Source: Candidatus Poribacteria bacterium
Lineage (GTDB): Bacteria > Poribacteria > WGA-4E > WGA-3G
Assembly (NCBI GenBank): GCA_963663765.2
Contig: CAXXUA010000008.1
Location: 32,001-96,000, forward strand
Direction of reading: 5' to 3'
DNA length: 64,000 nucleotides
Shown here: positions 10,491-21,373 of the stretch, in pieces
Position numbering within the stretch: position 1 is the stretch's first letter
Layout of the letters: each line of letters opens with the position of its first letter
The notes under the pieces: generated by a model
Told to the model about the DNA's origin: nothing
What the model saw: only the letters and a program-made list of their open reading frames with translations
The model's database searches: none
Position numbers and translations under genes: made by a program

Positions 10491-12110
10491 CTATTGATCG
10501 GTGAATTGCATCTCCGCACCCACAGTACAAGGAATAGACAAAATAAAAGCAGTTCCTGTAGATAGGTTTTTATCAACTTCTATGTTTCCTCCGTGGAGTC
10601 CCAGTATCTTTTGACTGATGTAAAGTCCAAGTCCTGTTCCTTTTTGTTTTGTTGTATAGAATGCGTCAAAAAGATGCGGAATTTCATTAGGTAAAATTCC
10701 AGGACCCGTGTCTTGTATCCGAATGTTTACGGTTTTCCCTTCGTTCTCTGTGTATGTCTTAATAGTTAACGTTCCACCTGATTCCATTGCTTCAATCGCG
10801 TTAGAGAATAGGTTGAAAATAACTTGCGTAATCCCATCTTGATTGATATTCACAGATGGACATTCAGCGAAATCACGAACCACTTCTATATGGTTACGAT
10901 CCAATTCGGGTTGATATGTTGCAAGGCAGTTATCAAGCAGTTGGTCAATTTTGCAGAGTTCTGTGTCCGAGATTGCAGGTTTACCGAACGCTAGCAACTG
11001 TTCTATAGAACGATTAAGCCGATCTACCTCTTTGATAATAATTTGTGTATATTCGTCAATTTCGCTGCGTTCATCTTTCGGTAACGGTGCAAAACGATCA
11101 TCGGGTTCACTCAGCAGCTGCGTTGCTAACCGAATACTACCGAGTGGATTTCGCACTTCATGCGCGATTGTCGTCACCAACTTACCGAGCGCAGCAAGTC
11201 GTTCCGAATACACTAACGCCTCAATCGTCTGTTTGATCTTTACACGTTGTGCGATAATAGATGCAATGATTGTTAATACTTGTTCATCTTCAGCGGCAGA
11301 GAGTTCATCCTTGGCTTTGTCAATCGTCAAAGTGCCGATAACACGTTCCTCTACAAAAACAGGTAGCACCCAAAATCCAATAGTATCCTTTGATTCAACC
11401 ATCTCAGGAGGAAACAACTTGATATCGGGACGAGGGATGCGATACTGCGGTACACCCACTGCTTCACCCTCTGCTAACACCTGCTTCTCAATTTCCTCTA
11501 TCTGATCGTCTGTTCCACGTTTCTGCTCTGCTGCTGTTAACCCTAAATTCACCTCAACGGATGTCACAAGTTCATCGTCTTCATAGATTTTCAACGCACC
11601 GCGATAGATACCGAGACGTTCAGAGAGTATCTCAATTATACGGTGAAAAAGTTCCTCCAATTCAAGTGCAGCATTCGCCGCTTGGCTTACCTCAAAAACG
11701 ATGGATAGGTCTCGCACCCGTTTCTCTAATGTTGTCTTTTCGCTACTGACCCTATCAATCTCTTTTACACGATATAATCGTTGAATTCTTAGTTGACGTA
11801 TTGTTCTAACAAAAACAAATGCTACAATTGGATATAGAAACGCTACTGCAAAACTTGCTATCTGGAGTGGATTTTGTAATGCATATACCCAATTGGCAAC
11901 CGTTGTCAATCCGAGCAGGATATTTTGATTACGCAAATCTCCATGAATCGCTGCTAACAACATCACACCGTAATAAAGGTGTGAAACGGTAAAATAATAC
12001 TGAACGGCACCGGTTGCATATATAACAATATTGACAGCGATCACACCGAGTGCTAATAATAGTGTTCTCATGAGACGTTTGCGTCCTGCTGGGGTTATGG
12101 TTGTTCCCAC
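10491..12110 (-). CDS. Membrane GAF-domain sensor histidine kinase
   Basis: N-terminal TMs, GAF domain, AHEVRNPL H-box, NLFSNA, DTGPG, GTGLGL. Confidence 0.93.
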   Translation of the reverse strand: MGTTITPAGRKRLMRTLLLALGVIAVNIVIYATGAVQYYFTVSHLYYGVMLLAAIHGDLRNQNILLGLTTVANWVYALQNPLQIASFAVAFLYPIVAFVFVRTIRQLRIQRLYRVKEIDRVSSEKTTLEKRVRDLSIVFEVSQAANAALELEELFHRIIEILSERLGIYRGALKIYEDDELVTSVEVNLGLTAAEQKRGTDDQIEEIEKQVLAEGEAVGVPQYRIPRPDIKLFPPEMVESKDTIGFWVLPVFVEERVIGTLTIDKAKDELSAAEDEQVLTIIASIIAQRVKIKQTIEALVYSERLAALGKLVTTIAHEVRNPLGSIRLATQLLSEPDDRFAPLPKDERSEIDEYTQIIIKEVDRLNRSIEQLLAFGKPAISDTELCKIDQLLDNCLATYQPELDRNHIEVVRDFAECPSVNINQDGITQVIFNLFSNAIEAMESGGTLTIKTYTENEGKTVNIRIQDTGPGILPNEIPHLFDAFYTTKQKGTGLGLYISQKILGLHGGNIEVDKNLSTGTAFILSIPCTVGAEMQFTDQ

Positions 12111-12127
12111 TAATGGATTTAACGTCG

Positions 12128-12730
12128 TTACAACTTTAAGAAATTGTCCAACATTTTTAGTCCTACACGTCCGCTCTTTTCTAAATGAAACTGTGTTGCG
12201 ATGAGATTGTTATGTGCTATTGCACTGCAGAATCCAAGACCGTAAGTCGTTTTACCAATGATAGTTACAGTATTATTCGGAACAGGAAAATAGGAGTTGA
12301 CGAAATAAAAATGAGCAGGATCGGGAACACCTTCAAATATCGGATGCGGACGGACTTGACACACTTCATTCCATCCAATCTGTGGCACTTTGAGTTGTTT
12401 ATTCGCGGGATATTTTTTCACTCTACCGGGAAGCAAACCGAGACACTCAGTATCCTCCTCCTCGCTGTGTTCAAAGAGGATTTGGATGCCGATGCAAATA
12501 CCTAACATTGGTTTGTCAGATTTGTAATATTTGACAAGAACTTCGTCAAGTGAAAAGTCATGCAGGTTTCCCATAGTCGCTTTTGCTGCACCGACCCCAG
12601 GAAAGATAACTCGGTCTGCAGTAAGAATGGTTTCGGCATCATCAGTGATTTGGTTTCTATAACCGAGGTGGTCCAAAGCACGGGCAACACTTGTTAGATT
12701 TCCTGCTTTGTAGTCTATAATTGCAATCAT
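12128..12730 (-). CDS. hisH: Imidazole glycerol phosphate synthase glutaminase subunit
   Basis: IIDYKAGNL, FPGVG, LGICIG, QFHLEKSG. Confidence 0.95.
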   Translation of the reverse strand: MIAIIDYKAGNLTSVARALDHLGYRNQITDDAETILTADRVIFPGVGAAKATMGNLHDFSLDEVLVKYYKSDKPMLGICIGIQILFEHSEEEDTECLGLLPGRVKKYPANKQLKVPQIGWNEVCQVRPHPIFEGVPDPAHFYFVNSYFPVPNNTVTIIGKTTYGLGFCSAIAHNNLIATQFHLEKSGRVGLKMLDNFLKL

Positions 12731-12782
12731 TTATATTTGTCCAATACACATATTTCTTCAATCTATATAAGTATACAAGGAT

Positions 12783-13427
12783 TTAACCTCTCTTTTTCCC
12801 CTTCTTATTCATGATAATATGCATCCACAATCCCCAACCGAAACCTGCTACCAACCAGAATGGTAACCCAAAAACAAACAACATCTTCAAGTTCCACTCT
12901 TCTCCATTCATGACATTCCACACCTCCGGTATTACTACCATAAACAACCACATAAATCCCCCCCAAAAGAAAGTGCCTATTAATTTCCAATTTACATCAT
13001 TCGCTTGAAGTAAAGGCCGTTCAAGTACTTTTGCCAATCTTGCTTTTTCTTTCACTATCCATCTATCGCGGAAGAACCGAATAGGGAAATACCAAAGTGG
13101 AAATGTAATGATTAAGATTGCGTAACTACATAAACTCCATAGGCACGGAATTATTTGTTCGCAATTTGGACAAACAAATCCATACCAATGTCCTAATGCA
13201 TGTGCTTTCATCCATATACGTCCATCATTTATCGTTTCGCAGTGGGGACACGGAACATAACTACGTTCCATAAGAGGGTCACAGCTCTCTTTGTCTATCA
13301 ACGTTACCTTTGGCAACCGTACCCCCAAAATCAGTTCGTGGATTATCACAAGCGGGTTTAATATCCAGATAAAGACCAGAGGGTGAGGTAGCGCATGTAT
13401 TTTGTATCTGTTTTTGTCATATTGCAT
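12783..13427 (-). CDS. Hypothetical membrane protein with CxxC pairs
   Basis: Probable start MQYDKNRY at 13427; CPHC and CPNC motifs; several TM segments. Confidence 0.7.
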   Translation of the reverse strand: MQYDKNRYKIHALPHPLVFIWILNPLVIIHELILGVRLPKVTLIDKESCDPLMERSYVPCPHCETINDGRIWMKAHALGHWYGFVCPNCEQIIPCLWSLCSYAILIITFPLWYFPIRFFRDRWIVKEKARLAKVLERPLLQANDVNWKLIGTFFWGGFMWLFMVVIPEVWNVMNGEEWNLKMLFVFGLPFWLVAGFGWGLWMHIIMNKKGKKRG

Positions 13428-13489
13428 TGGTTTATTTTCGTCAATGTTTGTGTTCCAAATAATGTGGAGTTTATTATCTTGATTCGCAT

Positions 13490-14591
13490 TATATCCATTT
13501 ATTTTGTCCAAAACTCCCTGTTCTTTCAAACGTGCAATAAGTTGTGCCTGCGTGTTTGTACCTTTCGTCGAATTGCACGCGCCGCAAAGTAGTTGTAAAT
13601 TATCTTCGTGGTCAGTGCCGCCTTGGGAATGTGGCACGATGTGGTCAACCGTCATATTCCTAAACGGGAATTGAGTTCGACATCCATTGCATAGTCCTTC
13701 CTGTTAACCGAACAAGGTGTGTTTGTGGGTGCGGTAATTAGGGAGCTGTTCACTCCGTTTCGGTATGTCGGTGCGATGGATAACATCTCCGAACATGCCA
13801 ACTTCTTCTCCAGACTGACGCGCACAAGTTCAATTGCTTTCGGTGTTATGTCTATACCGATCCAGTGACGCTGTAAACGTTCAGCAGCGACACAGGTAGT
13901 TGCACACCTACAGAACAGGTCTAACACAAAATCACCTTTGTTACTACTCGCTTTGATGATACGTTCTAACAACGCTATAGGTTTCTGTGTAGGATAACCT
14001 GTGGATTCTTTTGATCGCGAATTGAGTGCGCCTATTTCTGTCCAATTATCCAATTCGGGACGTCCCATAGATTCATCCGTGTAACGTTATAATATCGTGT
14101 CCTCTACCGAAACGGGATTTGGTATTATTTTTAGCACCCGTTGCTGAATTCCATACTACCTCATTTTTAAAGTTGTTCTTACTAAACACCGTATCCATCA
14201 GCATTTTGAGATAGTGACTTGCAGTTGGATCACAGTGCAAGTATATACTCCCTGTGTTATTCAACACACGCTTCATCTCTAACAACCGCACTGCCATCAT
14301 GATTAGGTAAGACTTCATACCTTTACCGTGTGTCAACTCCGCTGCGTGGATCGCTATGTAGAGTGCTGGTTCACGGTCTGTTATCTCACCGTGCCATGCG
14401 TTGTCTACATCAGAAAGCGTCCATGTGTCTTTGAACGCAGCACCAGCTGCCTCGCTGCCAATCGGCGCAGCATAGTTGCGGTTAGAGTTAAACGGCGGGT
14501 CAAGATAAATTAGATCAATAGACTCGCTGTCTATTCCGCGTAGGATAGGTAAGTTGTCGTGTGAAAATACGGCTCGGTTTTGGACGTTCAT
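13490..14591 (-). pseudogene. DNA methyltransferase (N4/N6, DPPF) - HNH nuclease fusion, degraded
   Basis: DLIYLDPPFNS; YPTQKP; decayed motif I VLDLFCRCATT; HNH VDHIVP..GG..NLQLLCGACN; split across frames. Confidence 0.85.
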
Positions 14592-15121
14592 TTGCTAACA
14601 CGATGAAAAGTTAATTCGTTTGTATATATCGGGGAAGATTTATATATGCACATAGCTGCTTTGTAAAGCGGTTCCAGATATAATGTCCTCAAAGGTTTAT
14701 CTATAGTCATAAAATAACGCCAATCAGTAAAAGCATCTTGATACTCTTTCAATATAACCTCTACACTATCTAAATCTTTACGAACTATAATATCCGATTT
14801 TATTTCGTCAAATAGAGATTCTATTTCCGATTTAGATTTAGAAGTTAGTGTATTGAAGAGATTGTAAAGGTTATGATGTTTCTCTATTTTTTTATTTTCT
14901 AGCTGAATTTTATATTTTAATAACAATTCTATACAATGACAAATAATCATTAATGCAGATAAGGTCATTCCAATAAAAAATGGGTTAATGTCTCCATCTT
15001 CAGATTGACTTGATTCATTAATAACTACGACTGATTGCAACATACCAGGGACAGTATGTCGTAAAGCATTTTCTTGAATAACAATCTTTTCCTGTTTGTG
15101 ATTATTACTCATCATACACAT
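14588..15121 (-). CDS. HEPN-like domain protein
   Basis: CIELLLK...HNLYNLF...FTDWRY pattern typical of HEPN-family helical proteins. Confidence 0.6.
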   Translation of the reverse strand: MCMMSNNHKQEKIVIQENALRHTVPGMLQSVVVINESSQSEDGDINPFFIGMTLSALMIICHCIELLLKYKIQLENKKIEKHHNLYNLFNTLTSKSKSEIESLFDEIKSDIIVRKDLDSVEVILKEYQDAFTDWRYFMTIDKPLRTLYLEPLYKAAMCIYKSSPIYTNELTFHRVSK

Positions 15122-15190
15122 CCTTTGTTAGCGCGGGTTTTGCGTCTCCCTGCTGGTGTAGAATACGGTGTGGTTTTGGATGTTTATACA

Positions 15191-15466
15191 CTAATCTATA
15201 TCTATAAGATGCAACCGAAATACGACAAAATTACTATGGTTCATTGGCTTATATTTCGGTTTATCCGTAAGTTCAAGGGAATTATTAAGATCTTTAGCAA
15301 CATCATCAGCTAGACATATTATATTAGTACATCTCTTAGATACTTGAAAACATAAACGATCAACTGCTTTTGGACCAACTTCATCCAATTCTATTCCTTC
15401 ATACTCAGAATCAATAAGTACCTCATTCACAGTCTTAACTACATGTTTGTATTCTAATTCAACCAT
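15191..15466 (-). CDS. Hypothetical protein
   Basis: GAGG RBS; 91-aa ORF in an AT-rich islet. Confidence 0.5.
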   Translation of the reverse strand: MVELEYKHVVKTVNEVLIDSEYEGIELDEVGPKAVDRLCFQVSKRCTNIICLADDVAKDLNNSLELTDKPKYKPMNHSNFVVFRLHLIDID

Positions 15467-15586
15467 TTTAATATTTCCTCTGTTAATATAGGTTTTGCAT
15501 CACCTCGCGAGGTTGTCATCTGAAATACAGTATGGTTTCAGACATTCAATGATTGCCACCCAAATTAAAGAGCATTGTCTACGAAT

Positions 15587-15880
15587 CTAAAATTCATCAA
15601 CATTTAATGAATTTTCTTCAATAATTTGAATATTATCCTTGGATGGACTCCAAGTAGGACAATTATTATGAAGTGCCTTCCACATAAGAATGCTATCATT
15701 TTCTGCTTGATTTTCATCTTCGTAAGGTCCAATAAAATATACTGATTGACGTTCTGGTAGTATTATTGCAGACCGCAACTCAATTACCCATTTCTGTCGA
15801 CTTACGGGATGTTCTTTTACCTCAACACTTCTGCATGTGTTCAGATTAACCCAAGGACCTTTATTCGTTTTAACAAACAT
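15587..15880 (-). CDS. Hypothetical protein
   Basis: AAGGA RBS; 97-aa ORF. Confidence 0.6.
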   Translation of the reverse strand: MFVKTNKGPWVNLNTCRSVEVKEHPVSRQKWVIELRSAIILPERQSVYFIGPYEDENQAENDSILMWKALHNNCPTWSPSKDNIQIIEENSLNVDEF

Positions 15881-15939
15881 AGCATTTCTTCCTTTGTTAG
15901 TTGGCGTGAGGTATTACATCTCCGTGCGGTTTTGAACGT

Positions 15940-16218
15940 TTATTCAATTGTCCCATCTGATTTAGCCGCTACATGTTGCCCAATTAATTCTAAACTCTTA
16001 GAATATAATATATTCCCGATTTGGTTTAATATTCCACATTGCAAATCCTCAAAAAAATACTTTCTTTTTTCGTCATCTGACTCAAGCAATGATATTTCTG
16101 TAATATCATTGCTTGTTTTTTGAGCATCATAGTGATTTGGTTTATGACTATCATTATAAGATATAACCAACTTATCATCTTTTATTTCTATTGAAAACCA
16201 ACATTTATACATATCCAT
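15940..16218 (-). CDS. Hypothetical protein
   Basis: AAGGAG RBS; 92-aa ORF. Confidence 0.6.
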   Translation of the reverse strand: MDMYKCWFSIEIKDDKLVISYNDSHKPNHYDAQKTSNDITEISLLESDDEKRKYFFEDLQCGILNQIGNILYSKSLELIGQHVAAKSDGTIE

Positions 16219-16885
16219 GAAGTCTCCTTTTTTATGAGAGGTATAACATTTTGCTTAAGGATATCGTGTAAAAATACGGTACTGTTTTGTTACGAATATC
16301 GGTATTATTGGATGTTTATGTAAGTAGATAACATACCAAATACATCTGATCTTAGGCGTTGACTATTATATTTGATTGACTCTTTAAAAGCAGTATATAC
16401 ATTGTCTTGATGAATGTTCGTGATCAGATTCCAGATTTCACTGCGAATCTGATCACCCCACTCACATTTCTGTCTACCCTTAAAAGTTATAGGTGTTTTA
16501 TTTGTTACATAACTTAATGCCTCATGATATTTTTCTAATGCTTTAGTGGTTGACTCGCTAAGTAATTTCAGTATTCTATGTTTGAAATTCTTAAACTTCC
16601 AACCCCCCTGCCCCCCTTATCAAGGGAGAGGAACTTTTGGATCTATTCCATCCGTTCTCTACATGATAAATGTTTAGCGAGTGAACCATTTAGAATGGAC
16701 ATAGTCTTCCTTATGAGACAAGCCTTCATTAACAAGTTTTCTTACGTTCCTCATCGCTCATTTCAAGAAGTGCTTTAAAACCTAGTTTATTCATAGCTTT
16801 TCTCCATTGTTGATAGCATGGAGTTTAACGTTTCCTTGCAGGTTAGTAACTAAAGAATAGTTTTTGTTCATTCACAAATACCAAA

Positions 16886-17365
16886 TTAACTTGATAACGT
16901 TTGAAGTTGTTTACGTAAGTTTGCCATTTCAATCGCAGTTACCGCTGCCTCAGCACCTTTATTGCCAGCTTTTGTGCCTGCGCGTTCAATCGCTTGTTCA
17001 ATTGTATCTGTGGTAATAATACCGTTGATAATTGGAAGGTCGGTCTGTAATGAAACCTGTGCGATACCTTTGGTACTTTCACCCGCAACATAATCAAAGT
17101 GTGGCGTAGCACCTCGAATCACAGCACCAATACAAATCAGTGCATCGTAGCGTCCGCTTTCGGCAAGTTGTTTAGCAATACCTGGCGTCTCAAAAGCACC
17201 AGGAGTCCACACTACATCAACATCACCTAAGTTACCACCGTGGCGTTTTATAGCATCAAGTGCACCATCTAATAATTTTGATGTTATAAAACTGTTAAAC
17301 CTGCTGACAACAATACCGAATTTAAGCCCGTTGCTATTCAGGTTGCCCTCATATATGTTTGGCAT
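16886..17365 (-). CDS. ribH: 6,7-dimethyl-8-ribityllumazine synthase
   Basis: [36 protein letters not shown]. Confidence 0.97.
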   Translation of the reverse strand: MPNIYEGNLNSNGLKFGIVVSRFNSFITSKLLDGALDAIKRHGGNLGDVDVVWTPGAFETPGIAKQLAESGRYDALICIGAVIRGATPHFDYVAGESTKGIAQVSLQTDLPIINGIITTDTIEQAIERAGTKAGNKGAEAAVTAIEMANLRKQLQTLSS

Positions 17366-17405
17366 ATTTATTATATATTCCTATAAGGTGATTTGTTCTT
17401 GGATT

Positions 17406-18623
17406 TTAGAGAAGATGTCCCAGTTTCGTGCGCTTTGTCTGTAGATAACGCTTATTATGCGGATTTGGTGTTGTCTGCAAACCAATTTGTTCAACGATCT
17501 CCAACCCATATCCCGATAGACCTTTGACTTTATGCGGGTTGTTTGTCATAAGTCGCATTTTTTTAACACCTAAATCTACCAAAATCTGAGCACCGATGCC
17601 ATAATCGCGTAGGTCTGGTGGATACCCAAGACGTTCATTTGCTTCAACTGTATCCAAACCTTCATTATCCTGAAGTTGGTATGCGCGAATTTTGTCTTTA
17701 AGACCCATACCTCTACCTTCCTGACGCATATAAAGCAACACGCCGCGTCCCTCTTTTTCTATGTTTTGTAGTGCAATTTGCAGCTGCTCACCACAATCAC
17801 AGCGAAGAGAGCCGAAAACATCACCGGTTAAACATTGTGAGTGTACCCTCACCAATATAGGACTACCATCACCAATCTGTCCTTTCGTTAATGCAATATG
17901 TGTATCAGTTGGTTCACCAGGTGTCGGTTCGCCATCAACGTTACTCTCATAAGCATGTAGTTTGAATTCTCCGTGATCAGACGGTATTTCCGCAGTTGAA
18001 ACATGCTTAATCAACGTTTCAGTGCTGCGACGATAAGCGATCAGGTCAGAAATCGTAATGATTTTCAGATCGTGTTGCTGTGCAAATTCTAACAGTTCTG
18101 GTACACGCGCCATTGTGCCATCATCGTTAAGCACTTCACACAAAACTCCTGCAGGATACAAGCCTGCGAGACGTGCCAAATCAACCGTAGCTTCGGTATG
18201 TCCAGCACGTCTCAGCACGCCACCAGGTTTTGCATCTAATGGGAAAATATGTCCGGGTCTTACGAAATCGGAAGGAACAGCGTCTTCATCAACAAATTTA
18301 CGAATGGTATATGCTCGTTCTTGAGCAGAAATCCCTGTGGTGACCTCTTTAGCGTCAATCGTTACGGTAAATGCAGTCTGCATCTGTGCGGTGTTTTCCA
18401 TCACCATCGGGTTTAGTTGCAGTTCAGCGAGACGTTCCGAGCAGGTTGGAAGGCAGATCAACCCGCGTCCGTGTTTTGCCATAAAGTTGATTGATTCTGC
18501 TGTCACCTTTTCTGCTGCCATGATGAGATCACCTTCATTCTCACGATCAGGTTCATCAACTACGATGATCATCTCACCCGCTTTAATTGCAGAAAGGGCT
18601 TCAGGTATGGTACTAAATTCCAT
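17406..18623 (-). CDS. ribBA: DHBP synthase / GTP cyclohydrolase II
   Basis: [37 protein letters not shown]. Confidence 0.97.
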   Translation of the reverse strand: MEFSTIPEALSAIKAGEMIIVVDEPDRENEGDLIMAAEKVTAESINFMAKHGRGLICLPTCSERLAELQLNPMVMENTAQMQTAFTVTIDAKEVTTGISAQERAYTIRKFVDEDAVPSDFVRPGHIFPLDAKPGGVLRRAGHTEATVDLARLAGLYPAGVLCEVLNDDGTMARVPELLEFAQQHDLKIITISDLIAYRRSTETLIKHVSTAEIPSDHGEFKLHAYESNVDGEPTPGEPTDTHIALTKGQIGDGSPILVRVHSQCLTGDVFGSLRCDCGEQLQIALQNIEKEGRGVLLYMRQEGRGMGLKDKIRAYQLQDNEGLDTVEANERLGYPPDLRDYGIGAQILVDLGVKKMRLMTNNPHKVKGLSGYGLEIVEQIGLQTTPNPHNKRYLQTKRTKLGHLL

Positions 18624-18653
18624 GATATATTATTTTCTACTGTTTTTTATTCC

Positions 18654-19298
18654 TTATCCATATCCATGTTTTTGTAAAAACTCTAAGTCTATTGTCTTTG
18701 ATGATGGCATCTGATTTTGCATCAATGTTTCAATGTAACGTGCCATCACATCCACTTCTATGTTCACAATATCACCATTTCGTCTTCTACCAAGGGTTGT
18801 GACTTCCAATGTATGTGGAATTAAAGCTACCTCAAAACTATTGTTAATCACATTCGCGATAGTTAAACTCACACCATCAACAGCAATAGAACCTTTATAA
18901 GCAATATAGGGTTTCACCTTGGAACTGACTGTGACCTGCATAATTACAGATGAGCCTTCGTTTTCCCAACTGGTGATGGTAGCAATTTCGTCTACATGAC
19001 CTAATACGATGTGTCCCCCAAACCGATCCCCTAATTGAAGGGAACGTTCCAGATTGACTTGCATACCAACTTTACATGAACGAAAGGTTGTCCTACGGCA
19101 TGTTTCTTCGCTAATATCTGCAACAAATCCACTATCCTCAAGCGATCGGACGGTAAGGCACGGACCATCAACTGCAATGCTGTCACCTATTTTGGCATCT
19201 TCAAGCACTGTTCCTGCGTTTATCTTGACAGTCACACCACTGGATTTCGGATGGACTTCGGTTATCGTTCCAACTTCTTCAATGATACCGGTAAACAT
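18654..19298 (-). CDS. ribE: Riboflavin synthase alpha chain
   Basis: MFTGIIEE start at 19298; GDSIAVDG; GGHIVLGHVD. Confidence 0.96.
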   Translation of the reverse strand: MFTGIIEEVGTITEVHPKSSGVTVKINAGTVLEDAKIGDSIAVDGPCLTVRSLEDSGFVADISEETCRRTTFRSCKVGMQVNLERSLQLGDRFGGHIVLGHVDEIATITSWENEGSSVIMQVTVSSKVKPYIAYKGSIAVDGVSLTIANVINNSFEVALIPHTLEVTTLGRRRNGDIVNIEVDVMARYIETLMQNQMPSSKTIDLEFLQKHGYG

Positions 19299-19302
19299 GC
19301 TA

Positions 19303-20400
19303 TTAGAAATACCCCTCAATCAATAGGTCATAACCGATTTCGGTGATAGTCCAACGTTTCAATTCTGGTGCATCAACCAAACGCGTTATTCCTACACCAT
19401 TAAAGACACCCGGAGCGTCGTTTCCACCGATAAATTTAGGTGCTACAAAGCACATGACTTTATCAACAAGTCCGGATGCCAACGCACTCGTATTAACTTT
19501 ACCACCACCTTCTATCATTACACTTGTTAAACCACGTGCTCCTAAGTTCTCCATCAGCGTTTTAAAACAGACACGTCCATCGTTTGCAGGTATTACAACA
19601 ACTTCAGCACCCGCTTTCTCCAAACCAACTATATTCTCAGCATGTGCTTGCGGTGTAACAGCAATAATGACCCCTGCATTGCTCTCTGAGTTGAATACCT
19701 TTGCCGATGTAGGCGTTCTTCCATTAGAATCTAACACAATGCGCGTTGCGTCTTTTCCCTGTTTCTGAGTCAGTCTCGTGGTTAAAGCGGGATTATCGCT
19801 TGTAATCGTCCCGACTCCAACAAGAATTGCGTCTACCTCATCACGTAGCGCATGCACCTTTTCTCGTGATTCTGACGATGTTATCCATTGCGATTCACCT
19901 GTTGACGTTGCGATCTTCCCATCCAGACTCATCGCCATTTTCAATATAATAAACGGGTAACCCGTTTTCACATGTTTAATGTATACCTCATTCAGTTTTT
20001 CCGCTGCTTCTGTAAACAATCCTACGTTAACTTTTATGCCAGCATCCGCTAACTGCTGGAAACCTTTTCCTGCCACCTTCGGATTTGGGTCTAAATGTGC
20101 AGCGTAAACATGTGCAATACCCGCTGTTATGATTGCATCTGTGCAAGGTGGTGTAAGTCCCCAATGACAACAAGGCTCAAGGTTCACATAAAGCGTCGCA
20201 CCTTCTGCTTTTTCCCCCGCATCACGCAAACCGTGTATTTCTGCATGGGGTGCACCCGCTTTCTGATGATACCCTTCACCGACAACTACCCCTGCGTTAA
20301 CAATCACCGCACCAACAAGTGGATTCGGACTTGTCCGTCCCTTCCCCTGTTCTGCCAATGCTAATGCGCGGTTCATAAACGCTTCATGCGTCTTGTTCAT
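19303..20400 (-). CDS. ribD: Riboflavin deaminase/reductase
   Basis: PNPLVGAV, HAE, LEPCCH..TPPC, SLDGKIA, IEGGG. Confidence 0.97.
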   Translation of the reverse strand: MNKTHEAFMNRALALAEQGKGRTSPNPLVGAVIVNAGVVVGEGYHQKAGAPHAEIHGLRDAGEKAEGATLYVNLEPCCHWGLTPPCTDAIITAGIAHVYAAHLDPNPKVAGKGFQQLADAGIKVNVGLFTEAAEKLNEVYIKHVKTGYPFIILKMAMSLDGKIATSTGESQWITSSESREKVHALRDEVDAILVGVGTITSDNPALTTRLTQKQGKDATRIVLDSNGRTPTSAKVFNSESNAGVIIAVTPQAHAENIVGLEKAGAEVVVIPANDGRVCFKTLMENLGARGLTSVMIEGGGKVNTSALASGLVDKVMCFVAPKFIGGNDAPGVFNGVGITRLVDAPELKRWTITEIGYDLLIEGYF

Positions 20401-20446
20401 CGCAATGTATCACCCACAGTGCTTTATATATAAGTATACCACAAAT

Positions 20447-20959
20447 TCAGATTAAATCAAAATCATTTTTGGGAACATCCATTGCCTCTAAGCACTCAAG
20501 TACCTCTGTCTGATCAACCAAATCAAACTGATGCGTCCCTATATACATATACCGAATTGTCCCAAATTTGTCTATGATAAAGGTTGCAGGTCTTGCTATG
20601 TTGTAAGCCTCAAAACTGAGCCAGTGATATACACCATAACTCTTGATGACACTTCTATCTTTGTCTACCAAAAGTGGAAAAGTGATACCGTTTCGTTCAG
20701 CAAACCCACGCAGTTCTCGAGGCCATTGTCCAGCAATACCAATCGGAGTTCCATGATACTTGGCAAAATCATCAGAGTGAGCTTGCACTGCAGCCAACTG
20801 GCGGCGACTATTCGGTCACCATGTTCCCCTAAAAAAGGTCAAAACTACGTGCTGTTCATCACGAAAATTCTCCAACGACACAACCTGACGTCGATGTGAC
20901 GGAAGTGAAAATTCCGGTGCTATATCACCTATGTTGAGTATTTTGTTCTGACGTGGCAT
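20447..20959 (-). CDS. AhpC/TSA (peroxiredoxin-like) protein with in-frame UGA, probable selenoprotein (U48, UxxS)
   Basis: MPRQNKILNIGDIAPEFSLP...FFRGTW-TGA(20818-20816)-PNSRRQL, continuous with the 116-aa ORF; TGA at the RGxWCPxC Cys position. Confidence 0.85.
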
Positions 20960-21157
20960 AGCATCATTTTCGCAGATAATTCATCATAAGTCAAGAGGGT
21001 AGGAAAAGATGGGGTGTGTAAAGTTTTTGCACAAGTCTTATTGTAGGTTGAAAAGATCGCAGTATTATTTAGTTTTCAATATTTTTGATAATATTTTGCT
21101 ATGTCGTTAATTTTATGTGATACCATCTTGTATGTGTCTTTAGTCCCGTATAAAGAT

Positions 21158-21294
21158 TATAGTGGATTTTAGAATTATTTTTACACTTTCAGGTGTAGGA
21201 GGGAACTCCGATTCACGACTATCAAGGCGTTCAGTCGCGATTCGGAGATCGCTCCTACAGAAGAAGTGTAAACTTAATTGTATATTTCACTTTA
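21158..21294. mobile_element. MITE with TATAGT ends (IS630-like) carrying a GTAGGAG REP pair; copies at 28909-29045 and 60730-60966
   Basis: Near-identical sequence at three sites. Confidence 0.8.
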
Positions 21295-21373
21295 AGAGGA
21301 AATGCGTAAGTCCTGCATTTGAGAGTAAAACACTCAAAATCTCAAAGTTTTATTGTAATCTTCCTTGTTTTCA

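Noticed and set aside
15121-15925. Integron attC sites or a c-di-GMP-I riboswitch (GACGCAAAACC)
   Set aside because: The core-site orientation is wrong for attC, there are no long imperfect palindromes and no integrase. The GEMM P1/P2 architecture is absent.
20400-20447. FMN riboswitch upstream of the rib operon
   Set aside because: The gap is only ~46 bp and no RFN consensus is visible.
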